Part shown: piece by piece, positions 39,474 to 48,217 of the stretch
Layout of the letters: each line of letters begins with the position of its first letter
Numbering within the stretch: position 1 is the stretch's first letter
Source: Saprospirales bacterium
GTDB lineage: Bacteria > Bacteroidota > Bacteroidia > Chitinophagales > Saprospiraceae
NCBI GenBank assembly: GCA_016719895.1
Contig: JADJYG010000031.1
Coordinates: forward strand, 130,288 to 194,287
Length of the DNA stretch: 64,000 nucleotides
Reading direction: 5' to 3'
Program-made: the position numbers and the translations under genes
Notes under the pieces: generated by a model
The model's database searches: none
What the model was told of the DNA's origin: nothing
What the model saw: the letters and a program-made list of their open reading frames with translations, nothing else

Positions 39474-42188
39474 TTATTTTGTCCTGGCCAGACGGAAACC
39501 CGTGCTGTAGTCGCGATAACCGGGTGCGTCGTAGTAGCGATACGCCACACGGCAGCTCTGCGGGTAGTTCCCCCACGACCCGCCGCGAATGACACGGTAG
39601 GAGCCCTCCTCAGGTCCGGCTGGATTAATCTGCGGATTACCGGTATCCTTGTACGCACCATACCAATCCCAGCACCATTCCCATGCGTTGCCGCTCATAT
39701 CATAAAGGCCGGGGGCGTTGGCTTGCAGACGCTGCACCGGGCGGCTACGGCTGCCGGAGTTTTTATAGTACCAGCCCACCAACTCTAAAGAATCGCTGCC
39801 CGCATACCGGTAATCATCCCGCCCGCGGTTGGTGGCGGCGTATTGCCATTCGGCCCCGGTGGGCAGGCGAAAGCCGTTGGCCCAGCCTTTTGCAGTGGCG
39901 GGCGTAACAATGCAATCCTCTTTGCCGGTTGAATCAATTATATACACCGGCTGTAAGCCTGCCTGTTCGCTGCGCCAGTTGGCAAAAACCACCGCATCGC
40001 ACCACGACACATTCACCACCGGGTTATCTCCTTCACTGCCCCAGACCGGTTTTTCGGGCATTTCATAGCCCGATGCCTGGCAAAACAGGTAGTATTGCCA
40101 CCAGGTGGTTTCGGTGGCGGCTATGCGGAAGGAGGAGACGGTGGCGCGGTAGGCGAATATTGTTGTATCCTTACGATTATATTCCTTCAAATCAAAACTG
40201 CCGCCCTCGATGGGGATCATCGTGCCGAAGTAGCGGGTGTGCATGTTGTCGGCCAGGCGGGCAACCCGATCATCGCCGCCCGGTGTGTCTTTTGAGAAAG
40301 ACGCCGTTATTTTTTGTTTTTCGAGGCCAGCCAATTGCTGCATCACCTCCGCCATGCTGGCGGCGCGGGCAGTCTGGCCCGTGTGGTAATCCACGAAAGC
40401 GATTTCGTACAGCGCCTGCGCCACTTCGGTCTTGCGCTGGCCGAGAGCGGCGGCTTTCAGGAGGCTGGCGCGGGCGTTTTCGTATTCGAGGCGGTAAACA
40501 TCATTTCGGGCTTTTTCCAGCAGGCTGCCCACCACCTCGGCTTTGGCGGCATTGGCTTTGGCCTGTTCCTGCAGGGCTTTGAGTTCGGCTGCTTCGGCGG
40601 CCGTGAGGGCGGCGGTAGCTTCTTTTTCCTTGAGTTCGGCGTAGCGGGTTTTTACGGCGGCGGTGTCGATGGCGGCCCGGGCGGCGCTGTCGGCGCGTTG
40701 GGCGTCGAGGGTTTTGGCTTCGGCAAGCCGGTTTTTTTCGGCGGCATCGCGGGCGCTCCACAGGGCCCAGCCGAGCAGCAGGAGCGCGCCGAGGCCGATG
40801 GCGAGGCTGCGGTTGCGCGCGCGGCGGATTTTTTCGCGTTCGCGGCGCTGGGCTTCGGCTTCCGCCCGCGCCCGCTCGCGTTCGGCGGCTTCGCGTTCGG
40901 CGCGGCGGCGCTCCTCGCGGGCGGCCAGTATGGCGCCCATGAGGGTGTCGTGGCTGATCTCGTAGTGGGTGCCGCGGGCGGTTTGTTCGCGGCGCACGAG
41001 GAAGGCGTTCACCAGCGCGTCGAGCAGGGCCGGGGGCAGGGCGCGGCCGTGTTTGGCGTGGAGGTTGGCGGCCAGGGCGTCGCCGTCCATGCTGAGGCGG
41101 CGGGCTTCGCCCTTGGCCTCGTCCACGTACAGCAGTTCTTCCTCCAGCAGCAGGCGGGCCGTGCGCTCCTGTTCGGCGTCGGCCAGGCTGCCGATGCGGG
41201 CGGCGTAGTAGTTTTCGAATATTTTTTCAAAATCGGGCAGGTCGGCCGCGGCGATGGTTACGGCTTTTTCGCCGCGGCGGTTGCGCGTGCGCACGGCGTC
41301 TTCGATGCTCTGGCACACGATCTGGAGCTGGAACGATTCAATCTGGCCGGCCTCCTCGCCGGCGCTGCCGCTGGCGAGCTCGTCCACGATGCGCTGCAGG
41401 GCAGCGGGTTGGAACGCGAAGGGCAGGGTGTCGAAGCGGGGGTCATCGGCGGCGGCGGGGCGCACCATGGCGGCTTCGGCCTGTTCGGCGCGCAGGCCGC
41501 GCAGCTCGTAGCGCTTGCGCAGGATGTCGGGCAGTTCCTGCCGCATCGAGTCGAGCAGGTGCAGGCGGTCGGAGCGGATGGCAAACACGGCGTGCACGTC
41601 GAGGGGCTGGGAGAGCTGGTCCTGGGCGGCCTCGTCGAGGCGGTCGAACTCGTGGAAGGCCGCCTGCGGGATTTCGGTGTAGAGCAGTTCGGAGATTTCC
41701 TGCCGGAACTGCTGCTGCTGGTCGGCCGGGTAGAGGAAAAACTCTTCGAACTGGTCGAACAGCAGGACGAAGGCCACGGGCGTGCCGCCAGCCGGCTGGC
41801 GGCGCTTGAATTCGCGCCAGAGCGTGCGGCCGGTGGGCAGGTTGTCGTAGAATGCCGTGCCGGGTGCGGGTGGGCAGGCGCGTTCGAGTTCGGCGAGCAG
41901 GGCGTCTTTGGGCGGCAGGCTTTCGCCGCGGGCGTAGGCGCCCAGGCGGATGGCGATGGGCACGCAGGTTTTGCCGCGGAAAGCGGCGGGGAGTTTGGGC
42001 AGCACGCCGGCGTTGAGCAGCGAGCTTTTGCCGTGGCCCGATTTGCCAAACAGCACGAGCAGGCGCTCGAGTGCGGTGAGGCGGAGCAGGTCGGCGATCT
42101 CCTGGTCGCGGCCGAAGAACAGGTGTTCCTGTTCGCGTTCGAAGGGCGTCACGCCCGGGTAGCGTCGGGAGAGGCGGGCGGTGTTCAT
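39474..42188 (-). CDS. nSTAND-type P-loop NTPase with coiled coil, single TM segment and C-terminal FGE-sulfatase (SUMF1) domain
   Basis: 904 aa from the ATG at 42188, which forms an ATGA overlap with the upstream stop. The track ORF from 42653 adds an R/P-rich out-of-context leader. Motifs: YPGVTPFEREQEHLFFGRDQE; Walker A GKSGHGKSS; Walker B VLLFDQFEE. Charged coiled coil; TM SLAIGLGALLLLGWALWS (nt 40755-40808). FGE-fold motifs RLPTGAEWQYAA, GNAWEWCWDWY, RVIRGGSW and GFRLAR. Confidence 0.85.
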   Translation of the reverse strand: MNTARLSRRYPGVTPFEREQEHLFFGRDQEIADLLRLTALERLLVLFGKSGHGKSSLLNAGVLPKLPAAFRGKTCVPIAIRLGAYARGESLPPKDALLAELERACPPAPGTAFYDNLPTGRTLWREFKRRQPAGGTPVAFVLLFDQFEEFFLYPADQQQQFRQEISELLYTEIPQAAFHEFDRLDEAAQDQLSQPLDVHAVFAIRSDRLHLLDSMRQELPDILRKRYELRGLRAEQAEAAMVRPAAADDPRFDTLPFAFQPAALQRIVDELASGSAGEEAGQIESFQLQIVCQSIEDAVRTRNRRGEKAVTIAAADLPDFEKIFENYYAARIGSLADAEQERTARLLLEEELLYVDEAKGEARRLSMDGDALAANLHAKHGRALPPALLDALVNAFLVRREQTARGTHYEISHDTLMGAILAAREERRRAEREAAERERARAEAEAQRREREKIRRARNRSLAIGLGALLLLGWALWSARDAAEKNRLAEAKTLDAQRADSAARAAIDTAAVKTRYAELKEKEATAALTAAEAAELKALQEQAKANAAKAEVVGSLLEKARNDVYRLEYENARASLLKAAALGQRKTEVAQALYEIAFVDYHTGQTARAASMAEVMQQLAGLEKQKITASFSKDTPGGDDRVARLADNMHTRYFGTMIPIEGGSFDLKEYNRKDTTIFAYRATVSSFRIAATETTWWQYYLFCQASGYEMPEKPVWGSEGDNPVVNVSWCDAVVFANWRSEQAGLQPVYIIDSTGKEDCIVTPATAKGWANGFRLPTGAEWQYAATNRGRDDYRYAGSDSLELVGWYYKNSGSRSRPVQRLQANAPGLYDMSGNAWEWCWDWYGAYKDTGNPQINPAGPEEGSYRVIRGGSWGNYPQSCRVAYRYYDAPGYRDYSTGFRLARTK

Positions 42189-43348
42189 GCGGCGTTGAGG
42201 ATGTCGGTGGCGTTGGCGAGGATGTCGGCGGCCAGTTTGTTGCGGGCGGCCTGGCGGGCGTCGGGGTGGAGCGTGTCCTGTTGTTCGTTGAAGTCGGCGT
42301 GGCGGCTTTTGAGCAGCGACACGGCGGTTTTGCCGGCGTCGGTTTGGGCGGCGGCTTCGAGTTCGTTGAGGGCGTTGGTGAAGTCGTTTTCCTCCACGTA
42401 CTGGCGCACGAAGGCCAGGCGGGCGTCGAAGGGACGGTCGGTGCGGCGCACGAGGGAGGGGTGTTCGGCGCGGAAGGCGTCGAGCAGGTCGCGCAGGAAA
42501 TCGTCCTGTGCGGCCCAGTCGAGCGGGGCCATATGGAAATGGCCTTCGAAGAAGCGCTTGAAGTCGGCGCTGGGATAGTCGGGCTGGGCGGCGAATTTTT
42601 CGCGGTTTTCGATGATTTCGGTCAGGAGCTGGATGAGCATCTGGGTATGCCATTTTTCCAGTTCGAAGCCGAGGAAGATAAACTTGTCGGCGTCGGCCAG
42701 GGCGTCGGTGAGGCCTTTGGGCAGGCGGCTGGTGTCGAGCACGCTTTTCATGTACTTGTACAGGTCCTCGTAGTCGAGGATGATGGATTCGTGGTCGTCC
42801 ACCGAGCCGCAGAGGTTGTACACCAGGGGTTTTTGGAGGGTGGGCGGGGCTACTTTGCGGACCTCCTTGTTGCCGCCCACAAAAAAGCCCGTCTGGTGCT
42901 GGGTCTGCCAGGCGGCCAGGCTGGCCGAGAGGAATTTATCGGGTGTGGTGCTGATGACGAGGTGCAGGGGCAGTTGGGCGAGCAGGCGGAGGGTTTCGGC
43001 GTTTTCGGCCTGGAACTCCGGGTCGGTCCAGAGGTTGCGGAGCCATTCCTTGGCTTTTTTTTTCACGCGGATGCGGGCGGAGGTGCCGGAGAAGAGGAAG
43101 AGGGCTTCCTGTTCGTAGTAGAGTTCGATGTCGCCGGGTTTGGCGAGTTCGAGCAATTGTTCGCGCAGGTAGCGCTGCACGGGCACGCCGCGGAAGCGGA
43201 GCAGGTTGGGGCCGGCGAGCAGCACGCAGCCGGTGTTTTTGATGCTTTCGACGGTATCGTCGAGATCGAAGACGGGAAGAGGAAGGGCCATAGGCGCGTT
43301 CAAATGTGTGTTTTTGGCGGGATTAAAAGTAGCGTTTTTTGTATACAT
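42185..43348 (-). CDS. SIR2-like (SIR2_2 family) protein with C-terminal helical adaptor (EAD-like) tail
   Basis: The order of blocks matches SIR2_2: GCVLLAGPNL, LHLVISTTPD, VYNLCGSVDDHESIILDYEDLY, FIFLGFELEKW. A roughly 100-aa helical tail follows (LLKSRHADFNEQQDTLHPDARQAARNKLAADIL). An alternative start lies at 43291 (MALPLPVF). Confidence 0.65.
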   Translation of the reverse strand: MYTKNATFNPAKNTHLNAPMALPLPVFDLDDTVESIKNTGCVLLAGPNLLRFRGVPVQRYLREQLLELAKPGDIELYYEQEALFLFSGTSARIRVKKKAKEWLRNLWTDPEFQAENAETLRLLAQLPLHLVISTTPDKFLSASLAAWQTQHQTGFFVGGNKEVRKVAPPTLQKPLVYNLCGSVDDHESIILDYEDLYKYMKSVLDTSRLPKGLTDALADADKFIFLGFELEKWHTQMLIQLLTEIIENREKFAAQPDYPSADFKRFFEGHFHMAPLDWAAQDDFLRDLLDAFRAEHPSLVRRTDRPFDARLAFVRQYVEENDFTNALNELEAAAQTDAGKTAVSLLKSRHADFNEQQDTLHPDARQAARNKLAADILANATDILNAA

Positions 43349-43962
43349 CGCTTTATGGTAATCCGACTTCCCGGTTCAGGTCAAACTCAACGAGTCTGAC
43401 GAAACGGTATCCAAAACGATTTACACCAGGGCTGAGCAGAAAAATCTCGCTGATTTATTCGGGTTTTGATTTTGGGTGTACCAGTGTCGAAAACAGGAAG
43501 GCGGGCTAAGCGGCTTTCCCTCGTTAACGAGACGTTAAAAAAATACTCCTGTATAACCCTATTTAAGTTGCTTAAAATCAATTAGTTGCACTTGTTTTTA
43601 ATTTTCATTGGTACAGAATTTAGTGCAATAAATTTTTTCTCTTACCCGCGTTTTTCTGTCAAATTTCTACGCTGCCGGGGCATCTCCTCCCCTTCTGGCG
43701 CCACTGCATTAAAGCCTTTCCCAGTGATTTTCTTCGCTGTTTGATGGTTGCTGGCAACATATCGCCGCAGCAAATCGGCCAACCCTTAAGTATGTTTTTC
43801 CAACACCAGCCTTAACAAAAGTCGCAAGATTTATGTCTGGTTGAAACAAAATGTTTTTAAAAACGAATCGGTACGCTATATTTGCCACTGTCTTAAAAAA
43901 CAGACCGATTACTCATGAAGTCGACCAAGGTTGTCCAGTTATGCATCCGGTTAAGGCTAATA

Positions 43963-44460
43963 TTACTTGCTAAGAGTGGCAGCCACATCATTGAGACCCA
44001 AAAGGTTGACGAGGTCGATTGTGGGAAACCGGACAATGACTCTCAGGTAAACACTGACGACCAGACCCAATTGATCCAACCGCTTTAACTCCGGGTAATC
44101 CACGAATGCTTGCGCACAGGCTAACTTGAGCATATATATTTGATTGGTGCTCAACTCGGCCGGATACTGTTGTAAAACGAATTCGTACAACTGCTCCACC
44201 TCCTCTTCCGTGGGCTCACCGCGCAGTTCTAAAGATTTATTTTTTCCTAAGTATTTCTCTCCTTCGCCTGTCATAATCCACAACGGATTGACATTGGCAT
44301 CATTCAAAAGTCGCTCTAAGTGTTCCAGGCGCAAGTTTCCTTTGCCCTCACCCTTTAGAATATTTGAATAGTAGGACGCCTCAATGCCCATCAATTCTGC
44401 CATTTGGGCCTTATTTAAGCCCAAATCCCGCCTAATTTCTTCTAACCTGTCTGTTTTCAT
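43963..44460 (-). CDS. XRE-family HTH transcriptional repressor (CI-like)
   Basis: N-terminal HTH LGLNKAQMAELMGIEASYYSNILKGE. Divergent from a small HTH gene across a 115-bp AT-rich region. Confidence 0.8.
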   Translation of the reverse strand: MKTDRLEEIRRDLGLNKAQMAELMGIEASYYSNILKGEGKGNLRLEHLERLLNDANVNPLWIMTGEGEKYLGKNKSLELRGEPTEEEVEQLYEFVLQQYPAELSTNQIYMLKLACAQAFVDYPELKRLDQLGLVVSVYLRVIVRFPTIDLVNLLGLNDVAATLSK

Positions 44461-44477
44461 ACCGCGATAAGGGTAAT

Positions 44478-44524
44478 AATTAAAAATATCTAAACTATTT
44501 TTTGATAATTTAAAATATCTGAAT
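44478..44524. promoter_or_regulatory. candidate operator repeats in the repressor/cro intergenic region
   Basis: Two near-identical boxes, aatTAAAAATATCTaaa (44478-44494) and aattTAAAATATCTgaa (44507-44524), lie between divergent genes. Confidence 0.4.
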
Positions 44525-44575
44525 ATTTTTGCCCTGTCAATTCACAAATCAAAACGCAAAGAACGCAAAAAAGGA

Positions 44576-44839
44576 ATGACCAAATCCGCTGATATCGTTC
44601 AACTGCGCATGGAACTTCGGGCGAAGTTCCGGCAAGAATATGGCTCAGTGACTGCTTTTTGCAGAGAGCGGGGCATCTCGCCGGAATGGCTTCGGTTGGT
44701 ATTTGCGGGGAGGTATGAGGGATATGATTTGCTGGTCGAAGCCGCCGAATTTCTAAGCCGCTATAAGGAAGAGAAACAGGCTCAACGGCTGCAAAAACAG
44801 CGCTATTTTGCCGAAAAGGTAGCCAATTTGCCGCTCTAA
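44576..44839 (+). CDS. small Cro/CII-like DNA-binding protein (putative)
   Basis: 87 aa with an HTH-like segment (SVTAFCRERGISPEWLRLVFAG). Its position opposite the repressor supports the call. Confidence 0.5.
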   Translation: MTKSADIVQLRMELRAKFRQEYGSVTAFCRERGISPEWLRLVFAGRYEGYDLLVEAAEFLSRYKEEKQAQRLQKQRYFAEKVANLPL

Positions 44840-44887
44840 TTCAAAACAATTTGAGTAAAAATTTAATACAACCAATTTACGCGACTT

Positions 44888-45313
44888 ATGATCTCTCTCA
44901 GTCAACAGGAACTTCAGCAGCTGGAATCACAAATAAACGAGGTCTTGATGAATGTGATCGGCAAGGCGGGAGGTATCCTTTCCGGCATGGCCGTCAGCCC
45001 GCATTGGATCAGCCACACCGATGCGATGCAAAAACTGGGCTGGCCGAAGATCCTGCTGAAAAGAGGCGTGGAATTGGACCACTTGCACCCTATCGTAATT
45101 CCCGGCACCGGTGGTACGCAGTACGACCTGGAGGAACTGATGCGCTACAAGCATTTTCTGATGGACGAGCGGCGTGAAAGCCGGCTCCACCCACATTACA
45201 TATCCAATTTTCTGGCACAATCACAACCTGACACGCATGTATTACCTGACAATTCTCAAAAAGGACGCCCGGGAAATCGGCTACCTGGTCGCCGAAAGTC
45301 CGTTTCGCGATAG
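44888..45313 (+). CDS. hypothetical protein (possible excisionase/MerR-like HTH)
   Basis: 141-aa ORF. The central segment WISHTDAMQKLGWPKILLKRGVE resembles an excisionase-type HTH. The C-terminal roughly 35 aa look non-coding and overlap the next ORF. Confidence 0.4.
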   Translation: MISLSQQELQQLESQINEVLMNVIGKAGGILSGMAVSPHWISHTDAMQKLGWPKILLKRGVELDHLHPIVIPGTGGTQYDLEELMRYKHFLMDERRESRLHPHYISNFLAQSQPDTHVLPDNSQKGRPGNRLPGRRKSVSR

Positions 45314-45479
45314 CAAAGAACAGGACGAGCATATCGACATCCGCTTAGACCAGACCACGGAAGAAGAAGCGGTGCTCGAAGCTACGAAATTTGTCGAAAG
45401 GCACCGCCTGACCTATTGGGAGGTGCACCACGTCGTACAGGTAGCGGGCTGTCACATCACCAACGGTGATTGGGATTAA
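45237..45479 (+). CDS. hypothetical protein
   Basis: 80 aa from the ATG at 45237 with coding-like composition (MYYLTILKKDAREIGYLVAE...). Overlaps the tail of the previous ORF, so one of the two boundaries is wrong. Confidence 0.35.
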   Translation: MYYLTILKKDAREIGYLVAESPFRDSKEQDEHIDIRLDQTTEEEAVLEATKFVERHRLTYWEVHHVVQVAGCHITNGDWD

Positions 45480-45516
45480 TTTTTTTGCCCCAGCAGTTGC
45501 ACATGCGGGGCATACA
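45480..45516. repeat. 37-nt T7 + hairpin repeat, copy A
   Basis: TTTTTTTGCCCCAGCAGTTGCACATGCGGGGCATACA matches 49591-49627 at 33 of 37 positions. Intergenic, 70 nt upstream of the 45588 start. Confidence 0.85.
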
Positions 45517-45587
45517 TACGACCAACAGCAAAACGCTCATATCCGGTGGCCCCGAGGACTCGGGGCCGCCACTTTTCTCCTTTCGTT

Positions 45588-47396
45588 ATGACGGCATCCA
45601 AGTCGAATTCCCGCCCCACTCCGAATGCTTGGGAGCAGGAACACCACAACCTGCAACGTATCCTGAACCTCGACATCAACCTGCGCCGGGAAGAACTCAA
45701 AGACGCCCTCCTGGACTACGAGGATGCGCACCCGGGCAACAACCTGGTGGGCAGTAAGGTGTACGAATTCCTGCGGCACTGCCAGAACATCGTCTGGAAG
45801 CAATTGGCTGAACTGGCCGTGTCTAATCCGGCGGAATACGAGCTGTGGCGCGCCGGCCAGCGCGGCCACTGGCCCTTGCAGACCAACAACGTCGCCCACG
45901 GGATGCTGCTCCGGCTTTCGGAAGGCCGGCGGGCGCAACTGCACGAAGTGGGCGCCGCCATCGAGCGCACCAAATCCGGGATGCCGGTGATTTCCGATAA
46001 CATTCGTCGCACGGTCCAAAACTGGCGCCGCAAAACGACGGCTGCCTGGGTCACGCAAAGCGGCGACACGCTGAAAGGTTTCCCGTTCTTCCTGTCCTGG
46101 ACGCGCCTCAACCGTGCCGGAGAGCCCGATCCCAAAGGCCGTGGCAACGTGATCGGCTTGGTCAATTTGACCTGGATTTTCGGCCCGGAATGGGCAGATG
46201 CCACGGGCGAAAATGCGACCGATTCCGAGCCAAATGCGGCGGGACAACAGGAAAAAATTTCCACAATTCCCCCAATAATTAAAACCGTTGAAAAAAAGAA
46301 GAAGGAAGAGGAGCGGCTTTCCGCTGAAGCGGAAGACGTTTTTTTCCAGTCGGCAAAGCCGACAGAACCGGGGGTAAAAACCGCCCAACAGCAAGGAACG
46401 CCCTCCGGTGATTCCGGGCAAATTTTTGAGCAAAAAAATATTGCGGCTCCCCCGCCCGCTGCCGGCGGCGGCGCGCTGGCACGGGCGGCCGTGCTGTGGC
46501 AATTCCTGTTGGCCCGGATTTACCTGCCACTTTTGGGGACTGGCCGGATCCGGCATAGTTCTGAAAATGCCTACTTGAAGGACCATTTCATGTCCTACAC
46601 CGCCCAAAAATGCGTGGAATTGCTCGTCGAAAACCTGCATTCAGCCCGAAATGCGGGCGATGTCACCCTCGAAGAGGCCGAAATGCGGCTTCGTCAAGCC
46701 ATCGAAAGCCAGGCCAAATACCTGGAAGACAATCCTGAAACCTGGGTACTAACACCCGAAAAGTTCATGCGGCCGGATCGTCCACACGGCACCCTGCTGA
46801 GCGCCCTGCGATTGTTCGTGAAAGAACCGCACACCCCGCAAATTCCGCCCGAAAACCCGGAAAACGAATCCGCCCGCGAGCGCAAAAACCGGCTGTATGC
46901 CCACTTGCTCTCCCTCGGCGCCAACCGCACCCATCCCGGCACCTTCTCCCGTTGGTATTCCGAATACGGCCCGCAGCACCTGGAGGCCTGCATGACCTAC
47001 ATGGCCCAGCAAGCCGAACGCCGACGCCAGGCTGGAAAGCCGCAAAAACGGGAATTCGACAGCAACCGGGGCGGCGCTTCGGCCTATTTCGCCAGCCTGA
47101 TCGCCCGTTTCGATAGCCAGGGTGTACAACGCGAACTGGAACTTTCCGAACGGCAAAAAATCAAAAATGCGCTCTGGGAAAAGGTCTTCGCCATGCAAGC
47201 CAAGCAGACTTCGCCCGAAATAGAACAGCTCCGGGCAGATATGTCGGTGATCTACCACCGCATGTGCGCGGAGCCGGATTTCCGCGACGCTACCCTGCGC
47301 GACACCAACGCTTTTTTCCAAATGCGGATCGAAAACTACACCACGCCGACTTTCATCGTGCTGGCACACCACGTCCTTCAACAGCAACACAACTGA
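45588..47396 (+). CDS. large hypothetical protein (candidate replication-module protein)
   Basis: 602 aa from the ATG at 45588. No recognisable motif. First gene after the hairpin repeat and upstream of dnaB. Confidence 0.55.
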   Translation: MTASKSNSRPTPNAWEQEHHNLQRILNLDINLRREELKDALLDYEDAHPGNNLVGSKVYEFLRHCQNIVWKQLAELAVSNPAEYELWRAGQRGHWPLQTNNVAHGMLLRLSEGRRAQLHEVGAAIERTKSGMPVISDNIRRTVQNWRRKTTAAWVTQSGDTLKGFPFFLSWTRLNRAGEPDPKGRGNVIGLVNLTWIFGPEWADATGENATDSEPNAAGQQEKISTIPPIIKTVEKKKKEEERLSAEAEDVFFQSAKPTEPGVKTAQQQGTPSGDSGQIFEQKNIAAPPPAAGGGALARAAVLWQFLLARIYLPLLGTGRIRHSSENAYLKDHFMSYTAQKCVELLVENLHSARNAGDVTLEEAEMRLRQAIESQAKYLEDNPETWVLTPEKFMRPDRPHGTLLSALRLFVKEPHTPQIPPENPENESARERKNRLYAHLLSLGANRTHPGTFSRWYSEYGPQHLEACMTYMAQQAERRRQAGKPQKREFDSNRGGASAYFASLIARFDSQGVQRELELSERQKIKNALWEKVFAMQAKQTSPEIEQLRADMSVIYHRMCAEPDFRDATLRDTNAFFQMRIENYTTPTFIVLAHHVLQQQHN

Positions 47397-47398
47397 TC

Positions 47399-48121
47399 AT
47401 GCAGACCGCCACCGCCACCCGCCGCCCGCCCCGCAAACGCCGCAAAACCCGTTGGCAATACGGCCCGGAATCCGAGTTCAAAATGCTGGTGTTCACCGGC
47501 GACCGCTGGCTCGCGCCGCTGTACTCGCACGACGTACCCAACAAGGCCATCGCCAGGGGAACGCGGGCCGAATTCTCCCAGGCGCAAAAGATCGAGCGGC
47601 TCCAGCAGTTGTTCGCCAAAGGCGGCACCCGGGGAAATGCGTTCAGCCCGCTGGCCGTCACCTTTGCGGTGATTTTGCCCAACTTTGGGAAAATGACCGA
47701 CGCGGTGTCGCGCTGGTCGCCGCATTCCGGTTGGCAAGCAGCGCAGCGAAAAGCACCCTCCCCTCTTCCGAAATGCGCGTGGCGACTATGGCTGGCCGGC
47801 AGCCCGAATTACACGTTCCGGGCCGATCCCCAATGCGGCGAGTTCCGGCAATTTGCGGCGGATTTTGCGGCGAGTAAGCCGGATTTAGTTGCCCGCTTTG
47901 CCGATCCGGAATCCGGCGAATTGCCGCATTCCTTCTTAGTCGCGGCTTTCCTGGGCGAAGTTGCCCGGCGATTGCAAGCCAAACAGAAATACGCCCGCGC
48001 CTATATCTATCACGGCGAATCCACACAACCCGTTTTGCGTGTTGATCTGGCTTCCGGCCGCTTATGTGGCATCGGCCAGGGCGGCGGCTGGGTCTCACCC
48101 GAATTTTTCTTTACGCTTTAA
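47399..48121 (+). CDS. hypothetical protein
   Basis: 240 aa from the ATG at 47399, 2 nt after the upstream stop. Basic N-terminus (RRPPRKRRKTRW). Confidence 0.5.
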   Translation: MQTATATRRPPRKRRKTRWQYGPESEFKMLVFTGDRWLAPLYSHDVPNKAIARGTRAEFSQAQKIERLQQLFAKGGTRGNAFSPLAVTFAVILPNFGKMTDAVSRWSPHSGWQAAQRKAPSPLPKCAWRLWLAGSPNYTFRADPQCGEFRQFAADFAASKPDLVARFADPESGELPHSFLVAAFLGEVARRLQAKQKYARAYIYHGESTQPVLRVDLASGRLCGIGQGGGWVSPEFFFTL

Positions 48122-48217
48122 TCCGCCAAACCCATGCGCGATCAACGGCCCAACTCTTCCCGCGAATACCCGTCCAGAATGCGGCAAAATCCGGCCCAAA
48201 TGCGGGAAGATGCCGGC

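Noticed and set aside
39474-42653. N-terminal extensions in the ORF track: 42189-42653 on the nSTAND gene, 1329-1574 on fni, 10083-10412 on ald, 36208-36390 on the giant adhesin and 48134-48217 on dnaB.
   Set aside because: The extensions are R/P-rich or overlap the upstream gene in another frame. In every case an internal ATG gives a product starting at the expected family N-terminus or signal peptide.
43387-43581. 64-aa ORF in the AT-rich junction, and a search there for a tRNA, attachment site or integrase.
   Set aside because: The ORF has no coding-like features. I could find no tRNA cloverleaf, no recombinase motif, and no direct repeat matching anything else in the window.
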